Below are positions 34,866 through 44,531 of a stretch of 64,000 bases of DNA, in pieces. The number at the start of each line of letters is the position of its first letter. The first letter of the stretch is position 1. The notes beneath the pieces are model-generated. The model worked only from the letters and a program-made list of their open reading frames with translations, made no database searches and was not told where the DNA came from. The stretch spans positions 416,001 to 480,000 of the forward strand of contig OZ219801.1 of the NCBI GenBank assembly GCA_964291655.2, in the 5' to 3' direction. Source of the DNA: Chloroflexota bacterium (GTDB taxonomy: Bacteria > Chloroflexota > UBA11872 > VXOZ01). The translations under genes were made by a program, and so were the position numbers.

Positions 34866-34989
34866 CACGAAACCGTGGGACTGCCAATCTGTGCTGTCGT
34901 TCCGAGTGGGAATTAGTCAACCATGCCTTCGACCGTGCGACGTTATTGGGCACGCCAGATTCCTCGTTCTGCTCAAGAACACAGCAGAT

Positions 34990-35016
34990 GGATTCCCGCT
35001 TTCGCGGGAATGACGG
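34990..35016. repeat. dRS3-like palindrome ATTCCC-N8-GGGAAT (degenerate copy at 54698-54723)
   Basis: ggattcccgctttcgcgggaatgacgg. Confidence 0.7.
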
Positions 35017-35088
35017 GCGAGGCGTCACCTCTTTCTAAGCGCCTGGACTCGGTTAGCAAGGGCTTGCAGGGCACGTTCGAGTTTCGTT

Positions 35089-35135
35089 AACAAGCCGTAG
35101 CGCGGGGGCTTGTCCCCCGCTTCTTGGCCCACGAG
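35089..35135. repeat. GTAG-type REP of the same family as the 1360-1685 units (also at 50475-50498 and 54643-54666)
   Basis: aacaagccgtagcgcgggggcttgtcccccgctt is the reverse complement of part of the third 109-bp unit. Confidence 0.85.
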
Positions 35136-35240
35136 TAAACACGCTCTTGGAGAAGGTGCTTGGAGTGCCGAGAATGTCAAGTCGCAAGCACCTCTGGACA
35201 TCCAACTTCAGAACGCCGATCACGTCAGGCACCGGGACCT

Positions 35241-36380
35241 TCAGGACATCGAGAACTTCAAACAAACAGGTGTCGGCACCGAGGCAACGTGTCCAGTGGG
35301 AGTCAACTCCCCTGTCTTTTCATCGATGCGGAACGTGACGATTGAGTCCGTATCCTGGTTTGCCGCCAGCAAGAACGTGCCCGTCGGATCGATGACAAAA
35401 TTGCGCGGTACTTCGCCGAGCGTGGATTGGTGACCGATGAGCGTGAGCGTGCCGTCTGCATCGTTCACCCCGTAGATGACAATGCTGTCATGTCCGCGAT
35501 TGGAGCCATAGACAAATTTCCCATTCGGGTGCACATGCACGTCGGCGGTATGGCTTGTTGGCTCGAAGTCCGGCGGCAGTGTTGGGATTGTCTGCAGCTC
35601 AGCCATCGCGCCGCGTTCTTGATCGTACGCGAAGACCGTTACTGTGTTACCAATTTCATTAATCACGTAGACAGTGCGACCGTTGGGATGAAAGTCTAGG
35701 TGACGCGGCCCGGCGCCTGGATGCACCGCAGCAAACGGCGGGTCAGCCGGCGGCAGCTTTCCGTTCTCCAGGTCCAGCCCATAGACGAGCACCTGATCAA
35801 GTCCTAGATCACACGCCAGGGCAAAGCGGTTTGCGGGATCGGGCGTGAATGAGTGCCCATGGGGCTCTCCTTGACGATCAGGATTCACACTCGAGCCGAC
35901 ATGCTGCACCCAGTCCGTTGCCGGACCCAAGCGCCCGTCCTCCGTGATAGGCAGGATCGCCACACTTCCGCCCGTGTAGTTTGCAGTAATAACGTATTTG
36001 CCGGTCTGCTCTACGCTCACGTGGCAGGGACCAGCGCCCTGGGACGACTGCCGGTTGATGAATTCAAGCCCGCCGGTCGCGTGGTCCACCGCAAACGTGC
36101 TCACCGCGCCACCAGCGTGCCCGTCAATCTCAGAAACCGCGTTCACCGCATACAGCACGGGGAGCTCCGGATGGAGCGCGAGATATGATGGATTCGGCAC
36201 GTCCGGCACCGCGTGCACCAACTCCACGGCACCGGAAGTCATGTCCATGCGGCAGACGTAGATTCCTTCCGCGCCGCCGCCAAGATCGGTTTCACCCGTA
36301 AACGTGCCGACATAGATAAATCTCGACTCTGCAGTTCCTGCGCTCATCGTAGCTGCCTCTTTTATCAATTCTCCGGCCAT
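35241..36380 (-). CDS. pgl: 6-phosphogluconolactonase-family beta-propeller lactonase
   Basis: YVGTFT, NPSYL, ANY.GGS, H.HS, DLGLD, GAGPRH, SNRGHDS and PRNF motifs; alternative start at 36347. Confidence 0.85.
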   Translation of the reverse strand: MAGELIKEAATMSAGTAESRFIYVGTFTGETDLGGGAEGIYVCRMDMTSGAVELVHAVPDVPNPSYLALHPELPVLYAVNAVSEIDGHAGGAVSTFAVDHATGGLEFINRQSSQGAGPCHVSVEQTGKYVITANYTGGSVAILPITEDGRLGPATDWVQHVGSSVNPDRQGEPHGHSFTPDPANRFALACDLGLDQVLVYGLDLENGKLPPADPPFAAVHPGAGPRHLDFHPNGRTVYVINEIGNTVTVFAYDQERGAMAELQTIPTLPPDFEPTSHTADVHVHPNGKFVYGSNRGHDSIVIYGVNDADGTLTLIGHQSTLGEVPRNFVIDPTGTFLLAANQDTDSIVTFRIDEKTGELTPTGHVASVPTPVCLKFSMS

Positions 36381-36733
36381 TTGTATTCACTCATCAATGT
36401 TACCCTAGCGCGATACCGCATGGGGACGCAATGCGCCATATGAAATTGCCGCCGGCACTTAGCTCATCGGCGCAGAAGAGCGCTCAGGAGACCAAAGTAG
36501 AAAGGATAACGAAACTCAAGCCCGGCTTCGGTTAGAGGTTGTCAAGTGATAGGTGAAGGCGCGGCCGATCAAGCCGCTGCAGCCAGTGTTGATCACACGC
36601 ATCCAAGCCTCCCTGGATGTCTGTCCTGCGTTACAGGCCCGCCAGCAACGAAGTGCATTTCTTCCCGTCATTACTGGCATGAATGCCTATGCCGGATTGA
36701 GGGCAGCAACCTGAATCTGTTATAATACATAGT

Positions 36734-37659
36734 GTGAATGACCCGCGCACACTCCGGCCAATTGAAGCCCTGGCCGAATCCGGCACTCTGCTTAATCGGC
36801 GTATCTGGCTAATCCTGCTGCCGATCGGGCTAGACTTGTTCATCTGGTTTGCACCGCGTGTCCTGCTTGGGGCCGAGCTGGTCCCTCTGGTAGATGGATC
36901 AGCCACCGCGGTCGAAGCAGGTGCTGACCCGGAAACCCCGACCGTGTTGTCATTTGTCCGACAATCAAACCTGCTTTCCCTGATCTTGGGCGTGTGGGTG
37001 CCTTCGATCGGAGTTTCCGCAGCCGGTGATGAATCGGGTACAACCGTAGTCTTGGAGTCGTTTCCTCAGCTAATCCTTGCCTTCGCGTTGCTTTTCCCGG
37101 TGAGTCTCGCGCTGGGCTGTACCTACCTTGCGTTGATCGCATCTGAGGTGCAACAACGGACACTTACGTGGGAGATGCTCGTGCCGCGGGTGATGCGCTT
37201 GACCATGCGGCTAGCCGGACTTGTGGGGATCTTGCTCTTGGTGACGGTGATCCGTTTACCATTGCAAGTGTGATGCTCTCCGTGATCCCGTTGCTAGGAT
37301 CCTTGCTGTTCCTCTTATCCATGATTCTGCTGCTTTGGATTATTTTCTATGTGTTCTTCATCGTGGATAGCATTGCGCTGGTTCGCCAAAGGCTTCCGAA
37401 AGTAATTCGGCTTACGTTGGACCTAATCCATAGCAATCCGTGGTCGGCTATCGGCTTCTTATTCCTTTACTGGCTCATCGTATTTGGCACCAGCATCATT
37501 TGGAGTGTACTGCTTGACTTGGCGATCTTTGGCATAGGAATTGGACGGATTATTGCGACTATTGGCAACGCCTACGTAGGTACGTGGGTAACGATTGCAG
37601 TGTTCATGTACGTTTGGAATCGTCTGCTCATTTACCGGGAGGAACCTACTTCCCCATAG
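36734..37659 (+). pseudogene. Multi-pass membrane protein split by a 1-bp frameshift near 37252
   Basis: Hydrophobic ORFs 36734-37273 and 37168-37659 join in frame if atccg is read as atcccg; extended -10 tgttataat at 36718. Confidence 0.7.
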
Positions 37660-37708
37660 CAATCTAAAGAGTCTTGATCTATGAGAATTGTTTCTTGAAA
37701 GGATGTTT

Positions 37709-39676
37709 ATGGCAAAGAAGATCCTGGAAAACGAAGGCGGCACCGCAACCATTGTGGCCGAAGCAGAGCCAACCGCCGCCGACCTAAATGACTATACTGC
37801 CGCCGACATCCAAGTTCTCGAAGGTCTGGAGCCGGTGCGAACGCGGCCGGGCATGTTCATTGGCAGCACCGACGTCCGCGGTCTGCACCACCTCGTCTAT
37901 GAAGTGGTGGACAACAGCGTTGACGAAGCGCTCGCCGGCCTCTGCGACCGAATACTCATCACGATTCATGCGGATTGCAGCGTCACGATCGAGGACAATG
38001 GCCGCGGCATTCCGGTGGACGTTCACGAAAAGACCGGTGTTTCCGCTTTGGAGACCGTGCTTACGCGGCTGCACGCCGGAGGCAAGTTTGGCGGCAAGAG
38101 CTACAAGGTCTCAGGCGGCCTGCACGGCGTTGGCGTCTCTATAGTCAATGCTCTCTCGCTGAAACTCGTTGCCACCGTCTACCAAGCTCCCTACATCCAT
38201 GAGCAAGAATATCGGAACGGCGCACCCCTCGGGAGGGTCGAACGCGTTGGCAAGACCGATCGCAACGGCACCACGATCCACTTCCTCCCTGACAGCGAGA
38301 TCATGGAGACGTTGGACTATGAATTCAACACGCTGGCGCAGCGTTTCCGTGAAATTGCCTACCTCTGTCCCGGACTCCGCATTGAATTCCGTGATGAGCG
38401 GACGAGCAAAGAACTGACATTTTACTTTGAAAGCGGCATCCGCGCATTCGTGCACCAGATGAACCGCCGGAAGACCATCATAAACAACGAGGAAATCTTC
38501 TTTTCCGGTTCTGCCAATTCGCTGCAGTTGGAAGCGGCGATGCAATACACCCAGAGTTACGACGAGCGCATCTACGCATTTGCCAACACCATCAACAACG
38601 TTGACGGCGGCACCCACCTCACAGGTTTTCGTTCCGCATTGACACGCACCTTCAATGACTATGCTCGCAAACAAAACCTCTTGAAGGAAAAAGACCTTTC
38701 CCTCACCGGAGACGACGTGCGCACCGGACTGACAGCCGTCATCAGCGTGCGCCTTACGAATCCCCAATTCGAGGGGCAAACCAAGGCAAAGCTTGGTAAT
38801 TCGGAAGTGCGCGGCTTTGTCGAAACGACAGTCAATGAGAAACTCGGCCAATTCCTGGAAGAGCATCCCAGCGAAGGCAAGGCCATCATCGAGAAGTGCC
38901 TCAACGCTGCCCGCGCGCGCATAGCTGCGCAAAAGGCCCGGGACATGGTGTCGCGCAAGGGCTTCCTGGATGTCTCGACACTTCCGGGGAAACTCGCCGA
39001 CTGCTCGGAGCGCAGTATGGAGAATGCAGAGATTTTCATCGTGGAGGGTGATTCGGCAGGCGGCAACGCAAAGCAAGGCCGGGAACGCCGCTTCCAAGCC
39101 ATTCTCCCGCTGCGCGGCAAGATTCTCAACGCGGAGCGCACGAACCTTGACCGCATGCTGTCCAATACGGAAATCCGCGCACTGGTTACCGCCTTAGGCA
39201 CAAGCATCGGCGAGACGTTCGACATATCGAAACTGCGGTACGGCAAAGTCATCATCATGACCGACGCCGATGTTGACGGCGCCCACATTCGCACGCTTCT
39301 GCTTACGTTCTTTTTCCGTTATATGCGCGAGATCATTACGAACCAGCGGCTCTACATCGCCCAGGCACCGCTCTACCGGGTTGCGCGCAATCGCGATGTG
39401 CACTACGCGTGGAACGACGATGAGCGCGACCGCATTCTCAAGCAATTCAACCGCACAAACATCGCCATGCAACGATACAAGGGTCTGGGTGAAATGAACG
39501 CCGACCAGCTGTGGGAAACCACCATGGATCCGGCCCGCCGTAAGCTCCTGCAGGTCCTGCTGGAAGACGAGGCTGCCGTCAGTTTGGTGTTCGATCGGCT
39601 CATGGGAGACGACCCACAAGCCCGCAAGCGTTTCATCCAAGCGCACGCCAAGGAAGTGCAACACCTCGACGTATAG
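37709..39676 (+). CDS. gyrB: Type IIA topoisomerase B subunit (GyrB, possibly ParE)
   Basis: RPGMFIG, EVVDNSVDE, LHAGGKF, SGGLHGVG, VEGDSAGG, PLRGKILN, DADVDG and RYKGLGEM motifs. Confidence 0.85.
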   Translation: MAKKILENEGGTATIVAEAEPTAADLNDYTAADIQVLEGLEPVRTRPGMFIGSTDVRGLHHLVYEVVDNSVDEALAGLCDRILITIHADCSVTIEDNGRGIPVDVHEKTGVSALETVLTRLHAGGKFGGKSYKVSGGLHGVGVSIVNALSLKLVATVYQAPYIHEQEYRNGAPLGRVERVGKTDRNGTTIHFLPDSEIMETLDYEFNTLAQRFREIAYLCPGLRIEFRDERTSKELTFYFESGIRAFVHQMNRRKTIINNEEIFFSGSANSLQLEAAMQYTQSYDERIYAFANTINNVDGGTHLTGFRSALTRTFNDYARKQNLLKEKDLSLTGDDVRTGLTAVISVRLTNPQFEGQTKAKLGNSEVRGFVETTVNEKLGQFLEEHPSEGKAIIEKCLNAARARIAAQKARDMVSRKGFLDVSTLPGKLADCSERSMENAEIFIVEGDSAGGNAKQGRERRFQAILPLRGKILNAERTNLDRMLSNTEIRALVTALGTSIGETFDISKLRYGKVIIMTDADVDGAHIRTLLLTFFFRYMREIITNQRLYIAQAPLYRVARNRDVHYAWNDDERDRILKQFNRTNIAMQRYKGLGEMNADQLWETTMDPARRKLLQVLLEDEAAVSLVFDRLMGDDPQARKRFIQAHAKEVQHLDV

Positions 39677-39832
39677 GTGTTCCTGTCTTATACTTATGCC
39701 ACGAACGCCGACTGGGAACGGCCGCGACGTGCCGACGTGCGGCAGGTCACGCAAGCAAACTCCCATCCTAGCTCGGTGCACGACCACAAGGATTCAAAGA
39801 GGCATCCTTAAGGAAGTGGAGCCGGCGCGGCA

Positions 39833-41134
39833 ATGAGCATCGTCCCCGACAATGCCCAGTTTGTGTTGCTCAGTTTCGAGGGCCCTGACCGGTACTCGCA
39901 AGCCGGGGGACTCGGCACTCGCGTCACCGAGCTTGCGCGCGCGCTCGCGCAGGCTGGCTTCACCACCCACCTGATCTTCATTGGCGATCCCAACTTGCCT
40001 TCTGTAGAAACTCGCGAAGAAGGCAATCTGCACCTCTACCGCTGGTGCCAGTGGATAAGCCACGCACACCCCACGGGCGCTTACGAGGCTGAATGGGACA
40101 AACTCGTTGACTTTGCTAGCAGCGTTCCTTGGTTCGTAACGGACCGCCTTGTACGGCCCGCCGCCGACCAAGGTCGGATCACCGTTGTGATGGCGGAAGA
40201 GTGGCACACGACGGAAACGCTGTCACGGCTCAGCGACTCTCTGCACTTCAACGGCCTGCGCCAGCAGTGTGTGCTGCTGTGGAACGCTAATAACGAGTTT
40301 GGGTTCGGCCACATAGACCTCCCTCGTCTCGGCTTTATTGCCACCATCACCACAGTGAGCCGGTTTATGAAGCACCGGCTATGGGATTGGGGACTAAATC
40401 CACTCGTATTGCCCAATGGCATTCCCCGCCGCTTGTTGGAAAAAGTGCCGCAAAGGCCGGTAACAAAGCTTCGCAAGGGCATGGCCGCGGACTACTTGCT
40501 TCTAAAGATGGGGCGATTCGATCCGGATAAGCGATGGCTCCAGGCAATAGAAGCTGCGGCCCAACTAAAGCACGCCGGTCACCGTGTACGCTTCATTGCG
40601 CGAGGCGGCCTTGAACCCCATGGAGGTGACGTGCTGCACCGCGCCAGGGAATTGGGATTAGTGGTGCAAGACATCCATAGCGACAACTCGGACTTGGAAG
40701 GTGCGCTCAATGCGATTCTCGCGGCTGAAGAAGCGGATGTATTGAACCTCTGTGAATTTGTGCCTGAGGCACTGCAACGCGTCTTCTATTCTGCCGCCGA
40801 CGCAGTACTCGCCAATAGTGGCTATGAACCATTCGGCCTGGTGGGGCTGGAGGCGATGGCGTGCGGCGCCGTGGTGGTTACGGGAACTACCGGCGAAGAC
40901 TATGCCGTGCAACTGCACAATGCCCTCTCTGTCGAGACTGACGACCCTGCAGAACTGGCCAGCTACCTGCAACTCATCCACAATCAGCCTGACGTAATTC
41001 GTCAGATACAGCGCCACGCGCGGCAGACGGCGGCTCTCTTTACCTGGGATTCGACCATAAGAGACCTCGTGGGGAAGGTGGAGTACCTCGCTACCAAGCA
41101 AGGGATTCACCTGCAGAGCGAAGCAGATGGCTGA
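39833..41134 (+). CDS. GT4/GT-B glycosyltransferase (glycogen synthase-like)
   Basis: AGGLG, TVS, PNGI and S.YEPFGLVGLEAMACG motifs. Confidence 0.85.
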   Translation: MSIVPDNAQFVLLSFEGPDRYSQAGGLGTRVTELARALAQAGFTTHLIFIGDPNLPSVETREEGNLHLYRWCQWISHAHPTGAYEAEWDKLVDFASSVPWFVTDRLVRPAADQGRITVVMAEEWHTTETLSRLSDSLHFNGLRQQCVLLWNANNEFGFGHIDLPRLGFIATITTVSRFMKHRLWDWGLNPLVLPNGIPRRLLEKVPQRPVTKLRKGMAADYLLLKMGRFDPDKRWLQAIEAAAQLKHAGHRVRFIARGGLEPHGGDVLHRARELGLVVQDIHSDNSDLEGALNAILAAEEADVLNLCEFVPEALQRVFYSAADAVLANSGYEPFGLVGLEAMACGAVVVTGTTGEDYAVQLHNALSVETDDPAELASYLQLIHNQPDVIRQIQRHARQTAALFTWDSTIRDLVGKVEYLATKQGIHLQSEADG

Positions 41135-42332
41135 ATACCTGGTCATCTACGTAATCGCACATCAACCACGGCGAGTACGTTTACCCGCCAGAGCAATCCC
41201 ACCCGGGACCGCGCCGGAGGACATGGCGCCGTTCCTCTTCGATGAGAAGATGAATGAGCGCTATTTTCGCAAGGTGGCCCGCTACAGCTATAGGCCCGCC
41301 ACAGATCTGTGGTTGCAGCTTCTCGATAGCGGCATCAAGCTCTGCTTCGGTGTCTCAATCTCGCTGATCAGGCAAGCGAAACTGTGGGAGCCATCCGTCC
41401 TTGACGGCTTCAAGCGCATCGTTGCCCACCCCAATACGGAGTTGATTGGCGTCGATCCCTATCACTCGTTCCTCATGCTGATCGATTTGCCCGAGTTCAC
41501 CGCGCGAATGCACTCCATGGCAGACGAGCTTGCCGGTATCTTTGGCAAGCGACCCACCGTGACCGACACGACCGAAATGCTCGTCTCGGAGACGATTGTC
41601 AGCGCGGTAGAGAGTGCCGGCTTTCATGGCGCTCTGATGGATGGCAGGGAGTGGATACTAGACTGGCGCCAGCCCACGAATCTCTACTATCACCGACCGG
41701 CGGTAAAGCTGCTTGCGCGGCACTATGAACTGAGCGATGACGTCGGCTACCGCTTTTCGCAGCGCCAATGGGCGGGGTGGCCGCTCATGGCGGAAGACTA
41801 CGCGCATTGGGTCCGGAGTGCGGAAGGCCAATTTGTGATGGTCGGCTGGGATTTCGAGACGTTCGGGGAACACCAATATTACGACAGCGGTGTGTTTGAG
41901 TTCATGCAGGCGCTGCCGCGGTACCTGCAACGCGAGGGCGTTACCCCCGCAACGGCTACGGAGATGATCAACGCCTACGGCAACCAGGCTCATCAGCTTG
42001 CGCTTCCGCCATTTCCCAGTACGTGGGCGGGGTCGGGCGGCGCCGAATTCTTCCTGGGAAATGAGCCGCAACGCGCGCTCTTTCAACTAATGACCGCCTG
42101 CTACCACAAGGCGCGATTAACCGGCAACGAAACACTGGTCGATCTCGCACTCTGGCTTACCCAGTCCGATAATCTCCACCTGATCAATTGGTGGGGGCGA
42201 TGGGGATCAGAGGCAGAGGTATCCGTCTACTTCATGCCCGACGAATGGTGGAGCCTGGGCGTGGATGGGATTATCTGGGAGCAGCAGTGCGTCTACAAGA
42301 ACTTCCTAAGCGCACTTGACAGCTATCTCTAA
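41127..42332 (+). CDS. Glycoside hydrolase family 57 (alpha-amylase-like)
   Basis: HQP, YHS, TE nucleophile region, LSDDVGYRFS, DFETFGEH, TWA and QSD motifs. Confidence 0.85.
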   Translation: MAEYLVIYVIAHQPRRVRLPARAIPPGTAPEDMAPFLFDEKMNERYFRKVARYSYRPATDLWLQLLDSGIKLCFGVSISLIRQAKLWEPSVLDGFKRIVAHPNTELIGVDPYHSFLMLIDLPEFTARMHSMADELAGIFGKRPTVTDTTEMLVSETIVSAVESAGFHGALMDGREWILDWRQPTNLYYHRPAVKLLARHYELSDDVGYRFSQRQWAGWPLMAEDYAHWVRSAEGQFVMVGWDFETFGEHQYYDSGVFEFMQALPRYLQREGVTPATATEMINAYGNQAHQLALPPFPSTWAGSGGAEFFLGNEPQRALFQLMTACYHKARLTGNETLVDLALWLTQSDNLHLINWWGRWGSEAEVSVYFMPDEWWSLGVDGIIWEQQCVYKNFLSALDSYL

Positions 42333-42451
42333 CCGTACCTAATAGCGCCGGCACGAAGAAGCCGGAGCGAACCGCAGGTTTAGTGCTGGGAATTCCTGCC
42401 GAATTATGTGTGAGTCGTGGTACGTGGATCCGCTTGTAAGAGCCACGGCTC

Positions 42452-43912
42452 TTACAAGCTCATGCGTTCGTCCGCACGGGCCTTCCACTTGGCGTAATTC
42501 GGTGACTGTAGGAGCGCTTCGTTGGTTTGGACTACCAATTGACCGTTCTGACCCCGCGGGTCACCGCGCTGCTCGTTAACTTGGGCAAGGAGCGCACGTA
42601 ACTCCTCAATGCGCCCATTGGCTCCGGCATGCCCGGCCAGATTGCGGCACTCTTGCGGATCCTCGGCCAGGTTGAAGTAGCGTTCCCTGCCCGTATGGTG
42701 AAACCAGGTGTATTTATCTCGCTTCGTCGCGATAAACTGCATGCCTTGGTCCCAGCCATGAATTCTGGTCTGTTCCCCTTGCAGGTACTCGCGCCATTCA
42801 GTTGCTTCGCCTCGCGCGAGCGGCAGAAGGCTTTTACCGTCGACCGATTCAGGGATCTCCACCCGCGCGGCTTCGAGCACCGTCGGCATGAGATCGCGTA
42901 GTTCAATAATCTCGTCGCAAGACCCGCCACGCTCCTCATCCCACGTGTCCGGATACTTGATGAAGAACGGGATACGCGCGGAGCCGTCGTTGGAGTAGCC
43001 CTTGCGCCACAGACAGTGGTCGCCGAGCATGTCGCCATGGTCAGAGGTAAAGATGAAGAGGGTGTTGCGCAAGGCCTCGCGATCGCGCCAACTACATTCA
43101 TACAGGAATCGGCCCACCTGATGATCGATGAATGTGATGCTGCCGTAGTAAGCCGCACGTGTGCGGTGCACCTGCGCCTCAGGGGCCCGGCCCCGCCAAG
43201 CAGTGGTGCTGGCAATCGGCTCATCGAATTCCGCAGCCCAGTCGCCCATAGGCGGCATTGGGATATCGGGGTTGTCCTTGTACATATCGAAATAGACCGG
43301 CGGAGGATCGTAGGGGGCATGGGGACGCGTGAACGACATCCATAGAAAGAACGGGCACGTAGGATCGCGCCGCTCGATGAACTTGACCGCTTCGCTCACC
43401 GTCCAATGGGTGGCGTGCAGGTGTTCCGGCAGGTGGCTTGGCCGGCCCATCAAGCTGTTCCACTCAAGGCCATGGTCCAGGTCACCGATCTTGCCGGCTG
43501 TCTCCTCGCGCAGCCAAGCCATGTAGTCTGTCCAGAGACCACGGCCCGTGCTATCCTGCACGGCTTCATAAAACCCGTAGAGCGCACGTCGGGGAAACTG
43601 GTCCGACTTGCCTATGCTGGCAGTGTGGTACCCAGCCTTCATCAGCTCACCCGCCAGCGTCGCCGGAAAGTCCAAGGCGTCTTGGCCGGCGCCACTGCCA
43701 AGCCGTCCGTGATTCCACTGGTCCATGCCCGTCATCATGGCGGCCCGCGACGGCAAGCATGACGGTGAACTCGTATAGCACCGCGTGAATTTCACGCCAC
43801 GCCCGGCGAGCTGGTCGAGATACGGCGTTTCCAGGACCGGATTCGCGTACCCAATGCAGTCCGACCGTTGCTGATCGGTAATGATTACAACGATATTCGG
43901 GCGCTTTGGCAT
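42452..43912 (-). CDS. Formylglycine-dependent sulfatase
   Basis: DQQR, SPSCLPSRAA (CxPxR), PHAPYDPP and SDHGDMLGDH motifs. Confidence 0.92.
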   Translation of the reverse strand: MPKRPNIVVIITDQQRSDCIGYANPVLETPYLDQLAGRGVKFTRCYTSSPSCLPSRAAMMTGMDQWNHGRLGSGAGQDALDFPATLAGELMKAGYHTASIGKSDQFPRRALYGFYEAVQDSTGRGLWTDYMAWLREETAGKIGDLDHGLEWNSLMGRPSHLPEHLHATHWTVSEAVKFIERRDPTCPFFLWMSFTRPHAPYDPPPVYFDMYKDNPDIPMPPMGDWAAEFDEPIASTTAWRGRAPEAQVHRTRAAYYGSITFIDHQVGRFLYECSWRDREALRNTLFIFTSDHGDMLGDHCLWRKGYSNDGSARIPFFIKYPDTWDEERGGSCDEIIELRDLMPTVLEAARVEIPESVDGKSLLPLARGEATEWREYLQGEQTRIHGWDQGMQFIATKRDKYTWFHHTGRERYFNLAEDPQECRNLAGHAGANGRIEELRALLAQVNEQRGDPRGQNGQLVVQTNEALLQSPNYAKWKARADERMSL

Positions 43913-44140
43913 GGCTTGTTCCTCTTCCCAATGCAGTGGGTCAAATCTGCAATTTAGATAAAATCAGTGTAGGCGACCGGCTTCCAATTCCACTCAGATT
44001 AACTGGACCGTCAATGGAATCTGTTTGCAGCCATGATAGACCGGCACCCTTACTCGAGTTATGTGGGGCCTAATGGGTTCTCGCTAGCACAATAGGCGGC
44101 TAAGTCCCACTCGTGCCGGGGCAGTACGGGTATTCGGTTC

Positions 44141-44501
44141 CCGTTCGTGCCGAACTCTTCGCCGAGCTTCTTAGCCGAACTCTTTCTTGTACACTCACTC
44201 ACCGTTCGTGCTGAGCCCGTCGAAGCACTTTAGCCCCGTTCGTGCGAGCACACTGCCCCCGTTCGTGCTGAGCCTGTCGAAGCATGAACGGGGTAGTGGA
44301 AGAGCGTCCCGCGCTACCATCCACCGCCGTTTACCCTTCGACTATGCTCAGGGCGAACGGCTTCTACTCCACACCACTCTCCCTCTTCCGTTCGTGCTGA
44401 GCACACTGCCCCCATTCGTGCTGAGCCCGTCGAAGCACTTTAGCCCCGTTCGTGCTGAGCACACTGCCCCCGTTCGTGCTGAGCCTGTCGAAGCATGAAC
44501 C
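44141..44501. repeat. Cluster of full, truncated and inverted ccgttcgtgctgagcctgtcgaag elements
   Basis: Copies start at 44141, 44202, 44236, 44259 (full), 44388, 44412, 44446 and 44470 (full); inverted copy at 44327-44360. Confidence 0.9.
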
Positions 44502-44531
44502 ATATCAGTAGATTCAACTGATCATCTGTCG

